A stretch of DNA of 64,000 bases. Source: Coniocarpon cinnabarinum. Taxonomy: Eukaryota. Positions within the stretch are counted from its first letter, which is position 1; each line of letters opens with the position of its first letter. Below the pieces are notes generated by a model that worked only from the letters and a program-made list of their open reading frames with translations, was not told the DNA's origin and searched no databases. The stretch covers positions 1-64,000 of the forward strand of contig JAVECO010000071.1 in NCBI GenBank assembly GCA_051942205.1, read 5' to 3'. The position numbers were made by a program, and so were the translations under genes. Of the stretch, positions 1 through 11,534 are shown in pieces.

Positions 1-746
1 ACCCCGCCCTCACTCTCATGATGCATCCCCGGCGCCAAAAGCGGAACAGCCATCCCACAACTCGTCCCCACCTTCCAAACACTCAACCAGATGATCGCCC
101 TTGTCCCCGGCACCTCCGTCTTCCCCATTTGACGCAACGTCGGCCAGAATCGCGGATCATGGCGCTCGATGACGGAGCCCCAGCAGTAGAAACGCAAGAT
201 GCGGCACAGCGGGTCGTAGCTGCACCAGCAGAGGGTTACGCGTTTGTTTTCGTAGATGTGGGAGATTGTTTCGACGCCGGAGCCGGTCGCGTCGACGTAG
301 GCGCAGGTGTGGGGGTTGAGGATTGTGAAGGTTGCGCTGGACCTTTTTCTTTTGTCAGGTTGGGTCTGGGGGATGGGTGGAATGGGATGGCTTGGGGTTG
401 GTGAGGTGGTCTGATGCGCGAATGAGGGATGATGAAGGGAAGTGGAGGGGGAGTACGGATAGATGCACTGGAGTGTCTTGCATCAAAGAGAGATGGAGAG
501 AAATGCTGCATGCGTTGTGTATCGGTTTCAGGACTTGGACTTACATGCCCTTAGGCGAGACATTGACATGTTTCCCCCTCAGTGGCGCCGAAGCGACCCA
601 AAAGCCAGGCTGTTGCAAGGCCCAATCCCGAAGATCATCGCGAATGCTATATGGCCTTCAGTCATGCATCGCTTCTTGAAGCGGATGGACGTGGAGTGAT
701 GGTATTTAGGTTGCAAGCAAGCTCACCTATCATAGTGGACAACCAT
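1..746 (-). CDS. Pyridoxamine 5'-phosphate oxidase family FMN-binding protein (YLR456W/UstO-like); 3' end runs off the window
   Basis: Hand-spliced from ATG at 746 over 3 exons: MVVHYDS|IRDDLRDWALQQPGFWVASAPLRGKHVNVSPKGM|SSATFTILNPHTCAYVDATGSGVETISHIYENKRVTLCWCSY...RILRFYCWG...VWKVGTSCGMAVP. The NVSPKG, TGSGxETISH.YEN and TSCG..VP motifs are typical of the family. Not in the ORF track. Confidence 0.88.
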
Positions 747-1224
747 ATTGCAAAGCCACCGACAGAAACGTACTCATTCAACACATGGATTGTGAATCTG
801 ATGCCATGTGTCATTATTTATAGTATGAGTAATTCATGGTCAGACCTTGGCTGTAAGCACCAGTACAACACATCACGCCGCTTTCGGAGCTATCCCGGTC
901 CGTTCAACGGACACGAACAGCTGGACAGCTTCATGACCAGAACAAACCCAGTCAAGACTCGCAGAAAGAGCTGCTGTATTGATGTTGCATTCGTCTAGAA
1001 ATATAGGGGTATCAGAGCGCCCTCATAAGGAAGGGGCAGAAGTGTTGGTACACAGAATGTTGGAACCTCAGTATCACAACATTCTCGCAGCAAAGAAACG
1101 GTTACTCAAATACGATGCGTGTTTTGTTCTCCAAAACTCCCAGAAATGCAAGTTGGTGCCCAGCGCCCTCGCTTTGGTTGTTGTCCAGATTACAAGTCAG
1201 AAACCCACTCTGATCGATCATCGA

Positions 1225-3135
1225 TTAAGCCCCTCCGTCCACGTTGGTATTACCGTCTTCGTCAACTGCGGCGCCCAACATGCTGTATTGGCCACCCGCG
1301 CCGGCCCAGGTGATGTGGCGGTCGCGAGTAGCTGTGTTTTCAATTCGCGTCGCTTGTTCGATGTCTTCTGAGGTCCCCTGACCCGTCTGATAGAGTGCAG
1401 AGAAGCCCCAGCTCCAGGCCTGACCATCCGTAGTGACGGCAAGCGTATGATCCCCACCGGCTGTGACCATGCTTGTGCGGCCTTGAATGGGGGGCACAAT
1501 AGTCGGGCTGATAACGATACGTGCGCGGCCGCTTTCATCCCTGATGACCTTGTCCTCTTCAAGGCCTCTGATGTCGATTCCGAGTTGGCCTCCGTCGCCG
1601 CGTCCCCAGACGATGCAGTCCCCAGCACCGTTGACCGCGACCGAATGATGCTCTCCACCCTTTATACAAGTCACGCCCTTGCCGCAAAGTTCAGGCACTT
1701 TCGTGGGCTTGCCGACGGTAGCTTCGGATTGTCCAGCGTCTTGCTCGAGGCCGCATTCGCCAAAGTTGTTGAGACCCCAGGCCCACACATTATCATTCCT
1801 ATCAATTGCAAAACCGTGGAAAGAACCGCAGGCAACCTTGACAATTGATTTCTTGGGTACCCCAAGCTGACGAGGAATGAGGCAGGAAGCGCGAGTGCGC
1901 TCGACAGGTTTGCGACCAAGTTGCATCTGTTGTCCGGAGCCCCAAGCAAAGACATTGCCGTTCTTGTCGAGCGCTAGCACATGATTCGCACCACAGTCAA
2001 TTGAAGTGATATTCTTGAGCTCTGCGAGTTTGACAGGTGTCCGCTGAATGGTCGTGGTAGGTGAGAAGCCCAAGATTCCTTCGTTAGCGCGAAAAGTGCC
2101 CCAGCCGTACACAAATCCGGTGTCGGTCAATGCAAACGAGCATGAATCACCCGCGGCGACCTGTGCGAAGCGTGTGCCCTCTGGAAAGTGAGAGGCATCG
2201 ATGGCCGTTGGTGTGGACTCGTAAGGATTCAGTCCAGTTTCTCCGGTTTCCGATTCCCCCGAGTCAGAGCCAGCGTCGATGTCGCGGAGGCCACCCTCCC
2301 AACTAGTGTCGCGACCCAGCGTGCCCTGATCATTGACACCCCAAGATAAGATGCGGTTGTCGTGAGTCAGGGCCAGAATGTGCATCCCACCACATGCAAC
2401 CTGGACGACACCCACCTCGTCCGCAGAGAGGAGTGCGTTAAGCCGTGGTCGTTTCACGCCCGTCTGGCCTTTAGCTATACCAAGGCCAAGTTCACCATTC
2501 TCGCCTTCTCCGCATACCAACACTTCAAGACGCTTGGTGTGAGGTTCAACGACAACAGGAAGAGGCTTCTTGGGCTTCGGCGGAGCCTTGGGTTTCGGCG
2601 CGGCTTTCGGCTTCGGTTCAGCTTTCGGTGTCTTCTTTTTTTCGGGGGCCTCGGCTGTTTTTGGCTTGGCCTCCTTTCCCTTTGCCTTGGACTTTGGCGT
2701 AGGCGTTTCTTTTGGCGCCGTGGCGGCCTTCTTGGATGCACTACGCGCTGGTGTCGATTTTGCGGCTGCATTCGCTGGGTTGGTCAGACGACCACTGACC
2801 ATATTGAGTCTCAAAGCATTACAAGACTTACCGGTCCTGGTAGGCTTCTTGGATTGGGTAGCCCCCTGCCTCGCTGCTGACGCCTTCTTGGGAGCCTCCT
2901 TCGAGGACTGCTTGGTAGTGGGTGCGGATGGTGAGATGAATTCAGTAGCAGTTTTTACTCGTTTAGAGCGCCGCTCCGGGACATCGGGAACGTCGGAGTT
3001 GTCGGGTTCAGCGTCTGTAGCGGCTTTGCGTTTGCTGGAGGTATTGGCCTTTGCAGCAGTGCTGGTGGAGGCAGCCGGAGCCGTCCCAGAGCGACTGGTA
3101 GCCCGCGAGGCTCCAGCGGCCTTCTTGGGAGGCAT
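1225..3135 (-). CDS. pim1: RCC1 / Ran guanine nucleotide exchange factor (Pim1/Prp20 homolog)
   Basis: K/A/P-rich N-terminus starting MPPKKAAG (ATG at 3135), then multiple RCC1 repeats (VQVACGGMHILAL, SWGVNDQGTLGR, IDCGANHVLAL, WGSGQQMQLGR, WAGAGGQYS). Probable in-frame intron from 2831 to 2766 or 2775. Confidence 0.93.
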   Translation of the reverse strand: MPPKKAAGASRATSRSGTAPAASTSTAAKANTSSKRKAATDAEPDNSDVPDVPERRSKRVKTATEFISPSAPTTKQSSKEAPKKASAARQGATQSKKPTRTGKSCNALRLNMVSGRLTNPANAAAKSTPARSASKKAATAPKETPTPKSKAKGKEAKPKTAEAPEKKKTPKAEPKPKAAPKPKAPPKPKKPLPVVVEPHTKRLEVLVCGEGENGELGLGIAKGQTGVKRPRLNALLSADEVGVVQVACGGMHILALTHDNRILSWGVNDQGTLGRDTSWEGGLRDIDAGSDSGESETGETGLNPYESTPTAIDASHFPEGTRFAQVAAGDSCSFALTDTGFVYGWGTFRANEGILGFSPTTTIQRTPVKLAELKNITSIDCGANHVLALDKNGNVFAWGSGQQMQLGRKPVERTRASCLIPRQLGVPKKSIVKVACGSFHGFAIDRNDNVWAWGLNNFGECGLEQDAGQSEATVGKPTKVPELCGKGVTCIKGGEHHSVAVNGAGDCIVWGRGDGGQLGIDIRGLEEDKVIRDESGRARIVISPTIVPPIQGRTSMVTAGGDHTLAVTTDGQAWSWGFSALYQTGQGTSEDIEQATRIENTATRDRHITWAGAGGQYSMLGAAVDEDGNTNVDGGA

Positions 3136-3615
3136 TGTCGACTTTCGAGATGTCTTGTGAGGAGATGTGAGCTGGCGGACAGGAGTAGCCAAAGACTTGT
3201 GCTTGCAGCGCGGTCGTATGCAGCTGTGCACTGTGTATTCAAGACGACAATGACAGGGTGCTCGTGCAGGCGGAAGATAGCGGGTCGGTGGAAGCTGAAG
3301 CTCTGCGGTAGCTGTAATCAGACTTATTCTTGGCAATTGCGCAGCTGGAGAGTGTTACAGCAAGTTGTGGGACGAGTTATTCTTTGTCAATGTTTGCGGA
3401 ACAAAGCCAGTCGATTGTTTATCACGCACTCGAAAAAGTATATACGCGACGTCAAGCATTTCCGTGTCTGGTCGCGGTGGTCCGAGCGTTGGGAATCGCA
3501 ATGCGAGAACGAGGACTCCAACGCACGTGACGGATCACCATCGAGGCAAAGTTACGAGGTGGGGTGTACCTCGGGCATAGCATCGCAGGCTGTGTATATA
3601 TACGAGGCATTGGAT

Positions 3616-4948
3616 ATGAGGCAGGATATACCGAAGTACAGTGAATTGCCACTGGGCAAAAGCGACCCTCCACTTTCAGCCTGGGGCCTGTAAGGCGTCG
3701 TCCTTTCCTCTAGGCCTAGACCTCACCCTTGACATTGCCTAGTTATGGCCCTCATGATCAACTTGGCACGCTCAATCGATTGACTGAAGACATTGTGCTT
3801 GAAGCTGCCAAAGAGATTAGGACGGGAGCCAGGTGAGCATGCTAGGATTGGACGTTCGTATGGGTCGTCCTGACTCGACACTCAAGAATATCGCTAGATT
3901 GGCCACTTGATGCTCAAAAAGAGATTCCATTCTTTGGTCGCCAAGTCTGCAATTGCTGCTCTGTAACACTTGATCTCCTTACTGACACTGCGTTCACATG
4001 CTTTCCATCAGCATCTCTTCAATAAAGCGCCTCGATGTGTCAATGACGACGTCTGGCACTTCAACAGTCAGAGCTCCAGTCAGTGGGATGGCCTGCGCCA
4101 CTTTGCCTACCAAAAGGAGCGTCGGTTTTACAATGGTGCTACGCTTGCCGACTTTGGAATTACGGACCCTGAAGGAGCCTCGAAAACGGACCACGCTCGC
4201 CACGAGAACACACACGGTGTAGAAGCCTTTAGCGAAAAAGGGGTCGTAGGACGAGGTGTTCTGCTCGATTGGGCCAGTTGGCGCGAGAAATATCGTCCCG
4301 ATCTGGAATTTGAGCCATTCACCGGGAAGACAAAGATCACTCTGGACCAATTACAGGAAGTGGCGAGGATACAAGGGACCTCAATCAGGTTTGGCGACAT
4401 TTTATTTATCCGGTCTGGTGCGTAGCGACAATCAAGAAATTTTGAGAGCGACGCTGATTGGCGGTAGGATATCTGAAAGCATATGCCCAGACTCCAGCTG
4501 ATGTTATCAAACCACTGACAACTGCGTTCCCTCCAAGTTTCGTTGGTGTGAAGCAGTCTGAGGAGATTGCCGAATGGCTGTGGTCCAACTTCGCGGCCGT
4601 AGCTGGTGACCAGCCTGCATTTGAGGCGTTTCGTCAGTACAATTATCCCAGGATCTGTCGGCCGGTTCACTGACCCTGAGGCAAAGCATCCACGCAAATA
4701 AGTGAGCGCGTACCGAAGTCGTTACATGAGGTCCTTCTCTCTGGCTGGGGTATGCCGATAGGTGAACTTTTTGACTTGGAGGTATTATCTGCAGAGTGTG
4801 CGAAGCAAGGAAGATATGAATTCTTCCTGAGTAGTGTGCCCTGCAAAGTCCCTGGAGGCGTTGCAAGGTGAGCAGAGTCCATGTCACGATGAGCAGGAGA
4901 ATATGCTAAGGTCAACACAGCCCGCCAAATGCAATGGCGATCTTTTGA
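3616..4948 (+). CDS. Putative cyclase / kynurenine formamidase-like metal-dependent hydrolase
   Basis: Multi-exon: MRQDIPKYSELPL...SAWGL|YGPHDQLGTLNRLT...|ISLDWPL...FFGRQ|...NDDVWHFNSQSSSQWDGLRH...GVVGRGVLLDW...GDILFIRSG|...AAVAGDQPAFE|LHEVLLSGWGMPIGELFDLE...PGGVAS|PPNAMAIF*. Confidence 0.9.
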
Positions 4949-4990
4949 GATCCGTCTGAAGTACAGCTTTGAGTCTCATAGGGCTTTGAT

Positions 4991-6264
4991 TTATTCGTCT
5001 TCATCACCAAAGACGTCCTGGAGATGCTGCAACATCTTCTGCTGCAGTTGGATAAGTTCTTGGCGTGTGATTCTTTTGCTAGCGTCTGAAGATGCTCTCG
5101 TGGATTTGATGTTGGCTTGAACATCGTCAAGGGCCTTGGTATCTTCTCCGACCCCGGCTATCAAATTTTCTTGCAAAACAAAAAATGGAACACCAAGGGA
5201 CTTAAGGTCTTGAGTCATGTGCTTTTGCATTGTCATTAAGGCTCGGTGCACTTTCATGTCATATTGAAAAATCTCGTCTGCATTATCTTTCTCGACCTGT
5301 CCTTTTGTCTTATTGATTGGCGCCGTCGGTGCATTTATTGCGCGACTGCAGGCAGTTGTTAACAGGACAAGACGTCGCAGCATCAGCCATTCCACGAGAG
5401 GGAGCGACTTCAAACTGTCATGTTGGATAGAAAGAGTAGACTTACAGCGTCTCTTCTACTTTGCGGTCGCCCTCTGTTCGGGCCTCCTGCTTCTGTTGCA
5501 GAGCAGTACGGCCGGCCCACCTAAATGTATGGTGAGTATGATCAGAAGCACAAGCAAGGGACGGGAGGAAAGACTTACCACTGGGCCTCGTGCTCATGTT
5601 GTGTCTTGATCATCTGCGTTGACCACGTTGTAAGTGACGAGCTTCAGGTACTGAAAGCGAAGCTGCACTATGGAAGAGAACCCACTTTAGTAATCTTAGT
5701 GCCCAGCGTCTCATCCTGAGCTACAAGTCGAGTCAGATGCCGAACAGCTGTGCTCCACGTCGTAATCTTGGTCGGATCCTGCAACTTCCTGCTGGATTGT
5801 TTTGCGGATCCCTCTAATGATGGAACAGCTGTATCGGATGGAGGTGTGGGACGGTGCCGTGGGGTATGATTTACAGTCGAGACCGGTGCGTTCTGCGCTT
5901 CACCGCTCGTTGAGGGTAGTGTTTGGTGAGGGTAGGCGTCCGCCTGGAGTGGCTGCGAAGCGACATCTTGGGCCAGAGATCGTCCCTGTGGGATGGTCGC
6001 AAACTCAGGACTTATGGCTGTAGGCTGTGTGTTATATCCTGTGTAGCCATAGCCAGGTGCCTGTGCTTGAACTTGATCGTTCTGGTAAAATGAAGTGGCA
6101 GGAGAGGGCTGGTTATGCGAACCGGGTGGGTCTAGTGAAGGCCAAGAAGTCAGTGTGCCTTCAACTTGTTGATTTGGATGTTCTGTAAAAGACGAGAGCG
6201 CGGCGAGGATCTCAGCCAAGTTGGAGCCTTGCTGTTGCGGTTGTTGGCCCCAATTCTGCGCCAT
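4991..6264 (-). CDS. DUF2458-like conserved fungal hypothetical protein
   Basis: Q/P-rich N-terminus MAQNWGQQ; DPTKITTWSTAVRHL; spliced QHEAQW|WAGRTAL; C-terminal YDMKVHRALMTM...LKSLGVPFF...LQQKMLQHLQD. About 4 exons. Confidence 0.75.
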
Positions 6265-6743
6265 GAAACAGTTTTGGATGTTGACAGGGCTAGGAAGGTC
6301 CTTGTATCCTTGCGTGACGATCACAATTTGAACAGGATCGACTACGTTTGTTCATTTATTTACGCTGTTCACACTTTCACCCGGCCAATCAGTACTATTG
6401 AAGACGAGTGAACCGCATCACGACCTTGACCATCGCATGAAGTGTGTTGAAGGCTGATACTTCTCTGAGGCTATTGTCGTCTTTCGGCGACGCAGTACAG
6501 CAGCAGCCGATGCTGCTAATACAAACGAATCTGCTTCCTCAACAATGTCTGAAATCAATGTCAACAATCGCTGATCGGCTTCGATAGTGCCACAAGAGGT
6601 CGCAGCCATGTCACGTGACAATCCTACCGAGTCTGGATTGGCTCTTGATCATTTGGCCCGCGAAGCCGGATGAGCCGGTGACACTGGTTCTTGCTTCATC
6701 AACATTCCATTCCCTAACTTTAGCAAAGCAATGTCCGGGCACT

Positions 6744-8990
6744 ATGGCTAGTGCAAGGCTTATCAGACAGGCCTCGAGCCATGCCACGGCTGGTCGAAGG
6801 TATTCCGCAGTGCTGGCCCGGGAGCAAGTCCAGCCACTGCTCGACGATGACCATGCTCACGATGCAGAGGCTGTGGGACAACCGACGGAGACAATTGGTG
6901 CACCAAGAGCACCGAACCTCTATTCGGATCTGCCGGTCTACCACAACATTTGGAGAATTCGTAGAGAAGTAGTGAGCAACATCGCTGATCCTTATACGTT
7001 GGAACAGCTTCGAGCGCCTCGTCTCAATACTAGCGTCGTCCGACCAATGATGGAGCAGCTGTATGAGCTTGATGATATCTCAATCGTTTATGCTTTGCTC
7101 GTGAACAGATATCAATTTTTGCGAGACCAGTCTTATCAAGGACACTATCTGTCGGTAAACACAGCGCGTGCACTTCTTTGCGAACTTCTGGCAATGAAGA
7201 TATTGCGGCAGTACGATGAAGATTCATCCGGACAGAAAGGCTTGTTATTGCTCGCAAACATACTTATTGCTGGGTTCGAGCCCTTTCAAGGCTGCCCACC
7301 GGATGTCGCTCACACACGACGCAAGACGGGAGGCTGGCCATTCTTTGTGGATAGAGGCGGTTTCGAGGGCCACACAACCGCTCTTGAAATCGCGATTATC
7401 TCTGACAGCAAGCTCTTTCTCAGCTCGCCTGCTTGTCAGAAAGTCATTGACGCTATCTATATCGGACGTATTACCTACACGCCCACCACATTCATTGACA
7501 TCATCCCCGACACATACAAGAGACGCGACATTAGTCTATACAACCCTCGTAAAGCGTCGTTATTTAATCAGTACCGGCTCAATGTTCCAAGAACGCGGAA
7601 CGCGCTCGAAGTGTGCCAGTTCATTACTCTACTGGGTCTATTCTTTCTTGTGCAGTTCACTAGGGACCCCTCACGATTTACGACCGAAGAAATAGTGTTT
7701 TGCATCTACACCTTCGGGTGGGCTCTAGATCAGTGCGCTTCCATACTGGAACATGGTTGTCGTGTTTACAGTGAAAATCTCTGGTCTTTCCTCGACATTA
7801 CATTCCTCGGAATCTACAGTGTCTACTTTGTCCTCAGGATGCATGGAGTCCACACAGGAACCATCGAGACCAGTCAGCCGGCATTGGACGTCCTGGCCAT
7901 GGGAGCTCCGTTCCTGATTCCAAGGCTGGCGTTCAACGTATTTTCTGAAAACCTGACCTTTGTCTCGATGCGGGAAATGATGGCGCAATTTCTTCTGCTT
8001 GTGCTGCTTGCCGTGTGGACGTTCATGGGCTTCTTTCTGGCTATGTTCTGGCTTGGCGAAGGTCGTCACAAACCAATGACGATCGGCAAATGGATGGTGT
8101 GGGTATGGTTTGGGCTTGACGGTACAGGCATTCAACGCTCCGTTGAGTTCCACTGGCTGCTTGGACCGATCCTCATGGTCTCATTTGCGATGTTTGGCAA
8201 CACGCTTTTCTTAACTATTCTTGTTTCTACTCTCAGCATCACTTTCTCACGCATTACCCGCTCGGCTTCCTCTGAGGTTCAATTTCGTAAAACTGTGCTG
8301 ACATTCGAAGGCGTCAAAAGCGATGCCATCTTTGCATACCAGCCTCCGTTCAACCTCCTCGCTCTTTCCGTTCTCTTACCTCTCAGATTCATACTGACCC
8401 CTCGCTGGTTTCACAAAGTTAACATCACCATGACACGCATTCTAAACGCACCGCTGTTGCTACTTCTTGGTCTTTATGAACGCCGGTCACTATGGCCAAA
8501 AGGTGCCAAGCACTCCAAGTTGAAGCATCGAAGTGGGACTGGTGCGCGACTGGGAAGCGAATACCTTCTCAGATTCAGCGTTCACCGCGACGTGACCGCG
8601 GTATTTGATAGCGAGCCACCTCAAGAACGAGCTGCTCGACTGCGATTCGAACAGCCGATAGGTCCTCACCCGCGTACCGGAGCAAGCACCGACAGGCGCG
8701 GCTTATCACAAACCATATCCGACGGCACGTCCCGCGAGCGTGAGTCTAGCTGGCGAGGATTTTCAAGCAGCCCACGACCCAGGCATCGTGCATCCTTGTG
8801 GTCGATGGGAGGCATTGAAGACCATGTGAGGGAGTTACTGCAAGATGAGGACGCAGGCGAGAGAGGGAGAGGTGTTCAAATGAGACTCGAAAAGCTGGAA
8901 CAGTCCACTAAGAGGATCGAGGACTTGCTCAGTCGCATCAGCGATAGTATTGACCACGCGGCGGACGATGCAGCCGGTGAAAACGGGTGA
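6744..8990 (+). CDS. TRP-type (Yvc1-like) non-selective cation channel
   Basis: Intronless ORF. DPYTLEQLRAPRLN, TALEIAIISDSKLFLSSPACQKVIDAIY, several TM helices, pore region WVWFGLDGTGI, NTLFLTILVSTLS, and TFEGVKSDAIFAYQPPFNLLAL. Confidence 0.88.
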   Translation: MASARLIRQASSHATAGRRYSAVLAREQVQPLLDDDHAHDAEAVGQPTETIGAPRAPNLYSDLPVYHNIWRIRREVVSNIADPYTLEQLRAPRLNTSVVRPMMEQLYELDDISIVYALLVNRYQFLRDQSYQGHYLSVNTARALLCELLAMKILRQYDEDSSGQKGLLLLANILIAGFEPFQGCPPDVAHTRRKTGGWPFFVDRGGFEGHTTALEIAIISDSKLFLSSPACQKVIDAIYIGRITYTPTTFIDIIPDTYKRRDISLYNPRKASLFNQYRLNVPRTRNALEVCQFITLLGLFFLVQFTRDPSRFTTEEIVFCIYTFGWALDQCASILEHGCRVYSENLWSFLDITFLGIYSVYFVLRMHGVHTGTIETSQPALDVLAMGAPFLIPRLAFNVFSENLTFVSMREMMAQFLLLVLLAVWTFMGFFLAMFWLGEGRHKPMTIGKWMVWVWFGLDGTGIQRSVEFHWLLGPILMVSFAMFGNTLFLTILVSTLSITFSRITRSASSEVQFRKTVLTFEGVKSDAIFAYQPPFNLLALSVLLPLRFILTPRWFHKVNITMTRILNAPLLLLLGLYERRSLWPKGAKHSKLKHRSGTGARLGSEYLLRFSVHRDVTAVFDSEPPQERAARLRFEQPIGPHPRTGASTDRRGLSQTISDGTSRERESSWRGFSSSPRPRHRASLWSMGGIEDHVRELLQDEDAGERGRGVQMRLEKLEQSTKRIEDLLSRISDSIDHAADDAAGENG

Positions 8991-9298
8991 GATACAACTG
9001 CATGACACTTCTCACGTTCGAAGCAATGGCAGATACAGCCTAAGTAGCGCTAACGGTCGGAGTGTGTGTGCCATTTGGGTCCGACCTACCGTAAGTGGAG
9101 CTTGGCGTGGAGCAGATTGCGGGGTCTAACCGATTCGGAGGAGCCACGACGATCTAACGCCTGCGCATCGAGAGGAAAACATGGCTTCTTCGACGATTAG
9201 CACGCTTTATGGTTCTGGAACTGTTCGCTGGAATCAGGACCATAGACTTCGACATCTAGTACAACCCTGCTGGATTTCGCACACCAGGAGAAGAGACA

Positions 9299-11066
9299 AT
9301 GGACGAAAAGGTTGCTGTAGGCTCGGACGATCCGTCTTCGCCACGCTCTTCTGGGTCAGATGGCAAACAACCGGGTGCGCGACAATCCGAGCATGGCTAT
9401 CGGCAATCAACGAACGAGCCAGTCATCCATGAGAAGGGAATCGATGGAGAACAGCGGAGACTTCACGCATCCTTTGCTGACCAGGACTCGGAATGGCACG
9501 CAAAGATGACTCGAAAGCTTATGTTCAAAATCGACATTCGATTGTTACCACTTCTTGTAGCCATGTATCTGCTGAATTTCCTTGACCGCAACAATCTTAG
9601 TCAAGCCCGTCTGGGCACACTTGAAGAAGACTTGGGGATGAAGGGAACAGACTTCAATCTTGCAACGAGCATCCTCTTCGTTGGTTACATTTTGATGCAG
9701 TTACCCTCGAATCTCATCATTACGAGAGTCACGCCTTCACGATATATCGGCGTCGTGATGTTTATTTGGGGAGCTGTCTCCGCCGCACAAGGCGGCTCTT
9801 CTAGTTTTACTGGCCTTGTCGTCGCTAGATTCTTGTGAGTTTCCAAGGCGTCCAGATCTCTCCTATGCAACGAGTCCACTGAAGAGTACTAACAAAAGCA
9901 CCCAGTCTGGGCTTTGTGGAAGCGCCGTTCTTCTGTGGTGCTATCATGATGATGTCCTCCTGGTACACACGCAAGGAGCTGGCTCACCGTATCGCGTGGT
10001 TCTATTCCGGGACCTCGCTTGCGAACGCCTTCGGTGGCTTGATCGGGGCGGGTGTGATTGGGAACCTCAACGGATCTCATGGCATCGCTGGCTGGCGATG
10101 GCTATTCATCATCGAAGGATCAATCACGTGCGGAGTAGCCATAATTGCCTTTTTTGTGCTGCCAAACTATCCATCGACTACCTCCTGGCTCAAAGCAGAA
10201 GAGAGGTCATATGCTGAGTGGAGATTGCTTGAGGATACTGGAGAGGCCGATATAACCGATGCATCTGGATTGCTCCAAGGTCTGAAGCTGGCTCTGAAGG
10301 ACTATCGTGTTTACGTATTTACCCTTCTCCAACATACCAGCTTATTGTCTCAAACCTTCCAATACTTCTTCCCGTCTATTGTAAAGACCCTTGGCTACGG
10401 GAATATTGAGACACTTTTGATTACAGCCCCTGTCTGGATTGCTACATTCCTGATATCCTTGGTCGTAACCTACACGTCGGGCCGTTTCGGCGATCGAAGT
10501 TACCACATACTAATACTGCAAGCTGTTGCAGTGATCGGGAATATCATAGTTGTGAGCACGCTGAGCATAGGTGCGCGCTTCTTTGGCATGTGAGTGTTTT
10601 TCCCGTCCCAGCCAGAGGCGGACTGAGCTAACATGCAGAAGGTTCTTGATGCCTATGGGCGCTGTGGCAGCCTACCAAATCATTGTGGCATGGGTCGCGA
10701 ATTCATTTCCGAGACCGCTTGTAAAACGTTCAGCTTGCATTGCTATCGCAAACATGTTTGGAAATTCCGCGACTATATATGGCTCGTACATGTACGGTAC
10801 TTCCACCTATTGTTGGTGGTGTTTCTGCTAACTAGGACAACAGGTGGAGCGATGCAGACGCGCCACGATACTTACCAGGAGGCACTGCCACAGCAGTCAT
10901 TGGCTTGGTTGTGATGGGTCTGACTTGGACTCTACGTACTTGGCTTGACCGCATGAACAAGGGACTAGCGGCTAAAGAGGAGGTGGACTCAGAAGGAAAT
11001 GTGATTCAGAACTTACACGCAGACGATCCTGATGCCCGAGCTGTGGGATTCAGGTATATCTTGTAA
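9299..11066 (+). CDS. MFS transporter, ACS family (Dal5/Tna1 allantoate/nicotinate permease-like)
   Basis: KIDIRLLP...YLLNFLDRNNLSQARL, QLPSNL, EAPFFCGA...SSWYTRKELAHR, GWRWLFIIEG, C-terminal GFRYIL*. 4 exons. Confidence 0.92.
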
Positions 11067-11205
11067 TTTTGGCATGCTCGAGCGGTAGGAAATTTATTCT
11101 GATCTTGTAACATTGTACATACATCCAAGTTGCTTCCCACTGTTGAGAAATGCGTGCTTGCTCTTACATGCGGAGTGCTATGAAACAGAAGTCTGAAGAA
11201 GGTAG

Positions 11206-11219
11206 TAACCCTAACCCTA
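11206..11219. promoter_or_regulatory. Telo-box-like motif (TAACCC)2 upstream of the AP-2 alpha gene
   Basis: TAACCCTAACCCTA about 320 bp upstream of the ATG; only two repeat units. Confidence 0.3.
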
Positions 11220-11534
11220 GATAAAGGAACTTCTTTTAACAACGCCGATACCGCCGAGTACGTAGCTAAGCACCTACGAATGTTGCATGCTTTCACCATT
11301 CCCGCTCCCATTCTCTACAATCACCTTGGATCCCGGTGGCAGCGCTTGACAGACGCATTTCGCACGCTAATTGATAGCAGAACAACACATCTCTATTCAA
11401 TTACAGGGCATATCGCACCGGGGGAGCACTATGGCAGATGGTCTCGCGAAGAAACTTGATCGATGAGGGCAATTTGATGGGCGAAAACCAGATTTTTGAG
11501 CAGCACCAACTCCAAGTTCGCCTCTCTCAAGAGA

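Noticed and set aside
9181..9432. Out-of-frame upstream ORF overlapping the Dal5-like start codon
   Set aside because: The transcription start is unknown and there is no evidence of coding potential.
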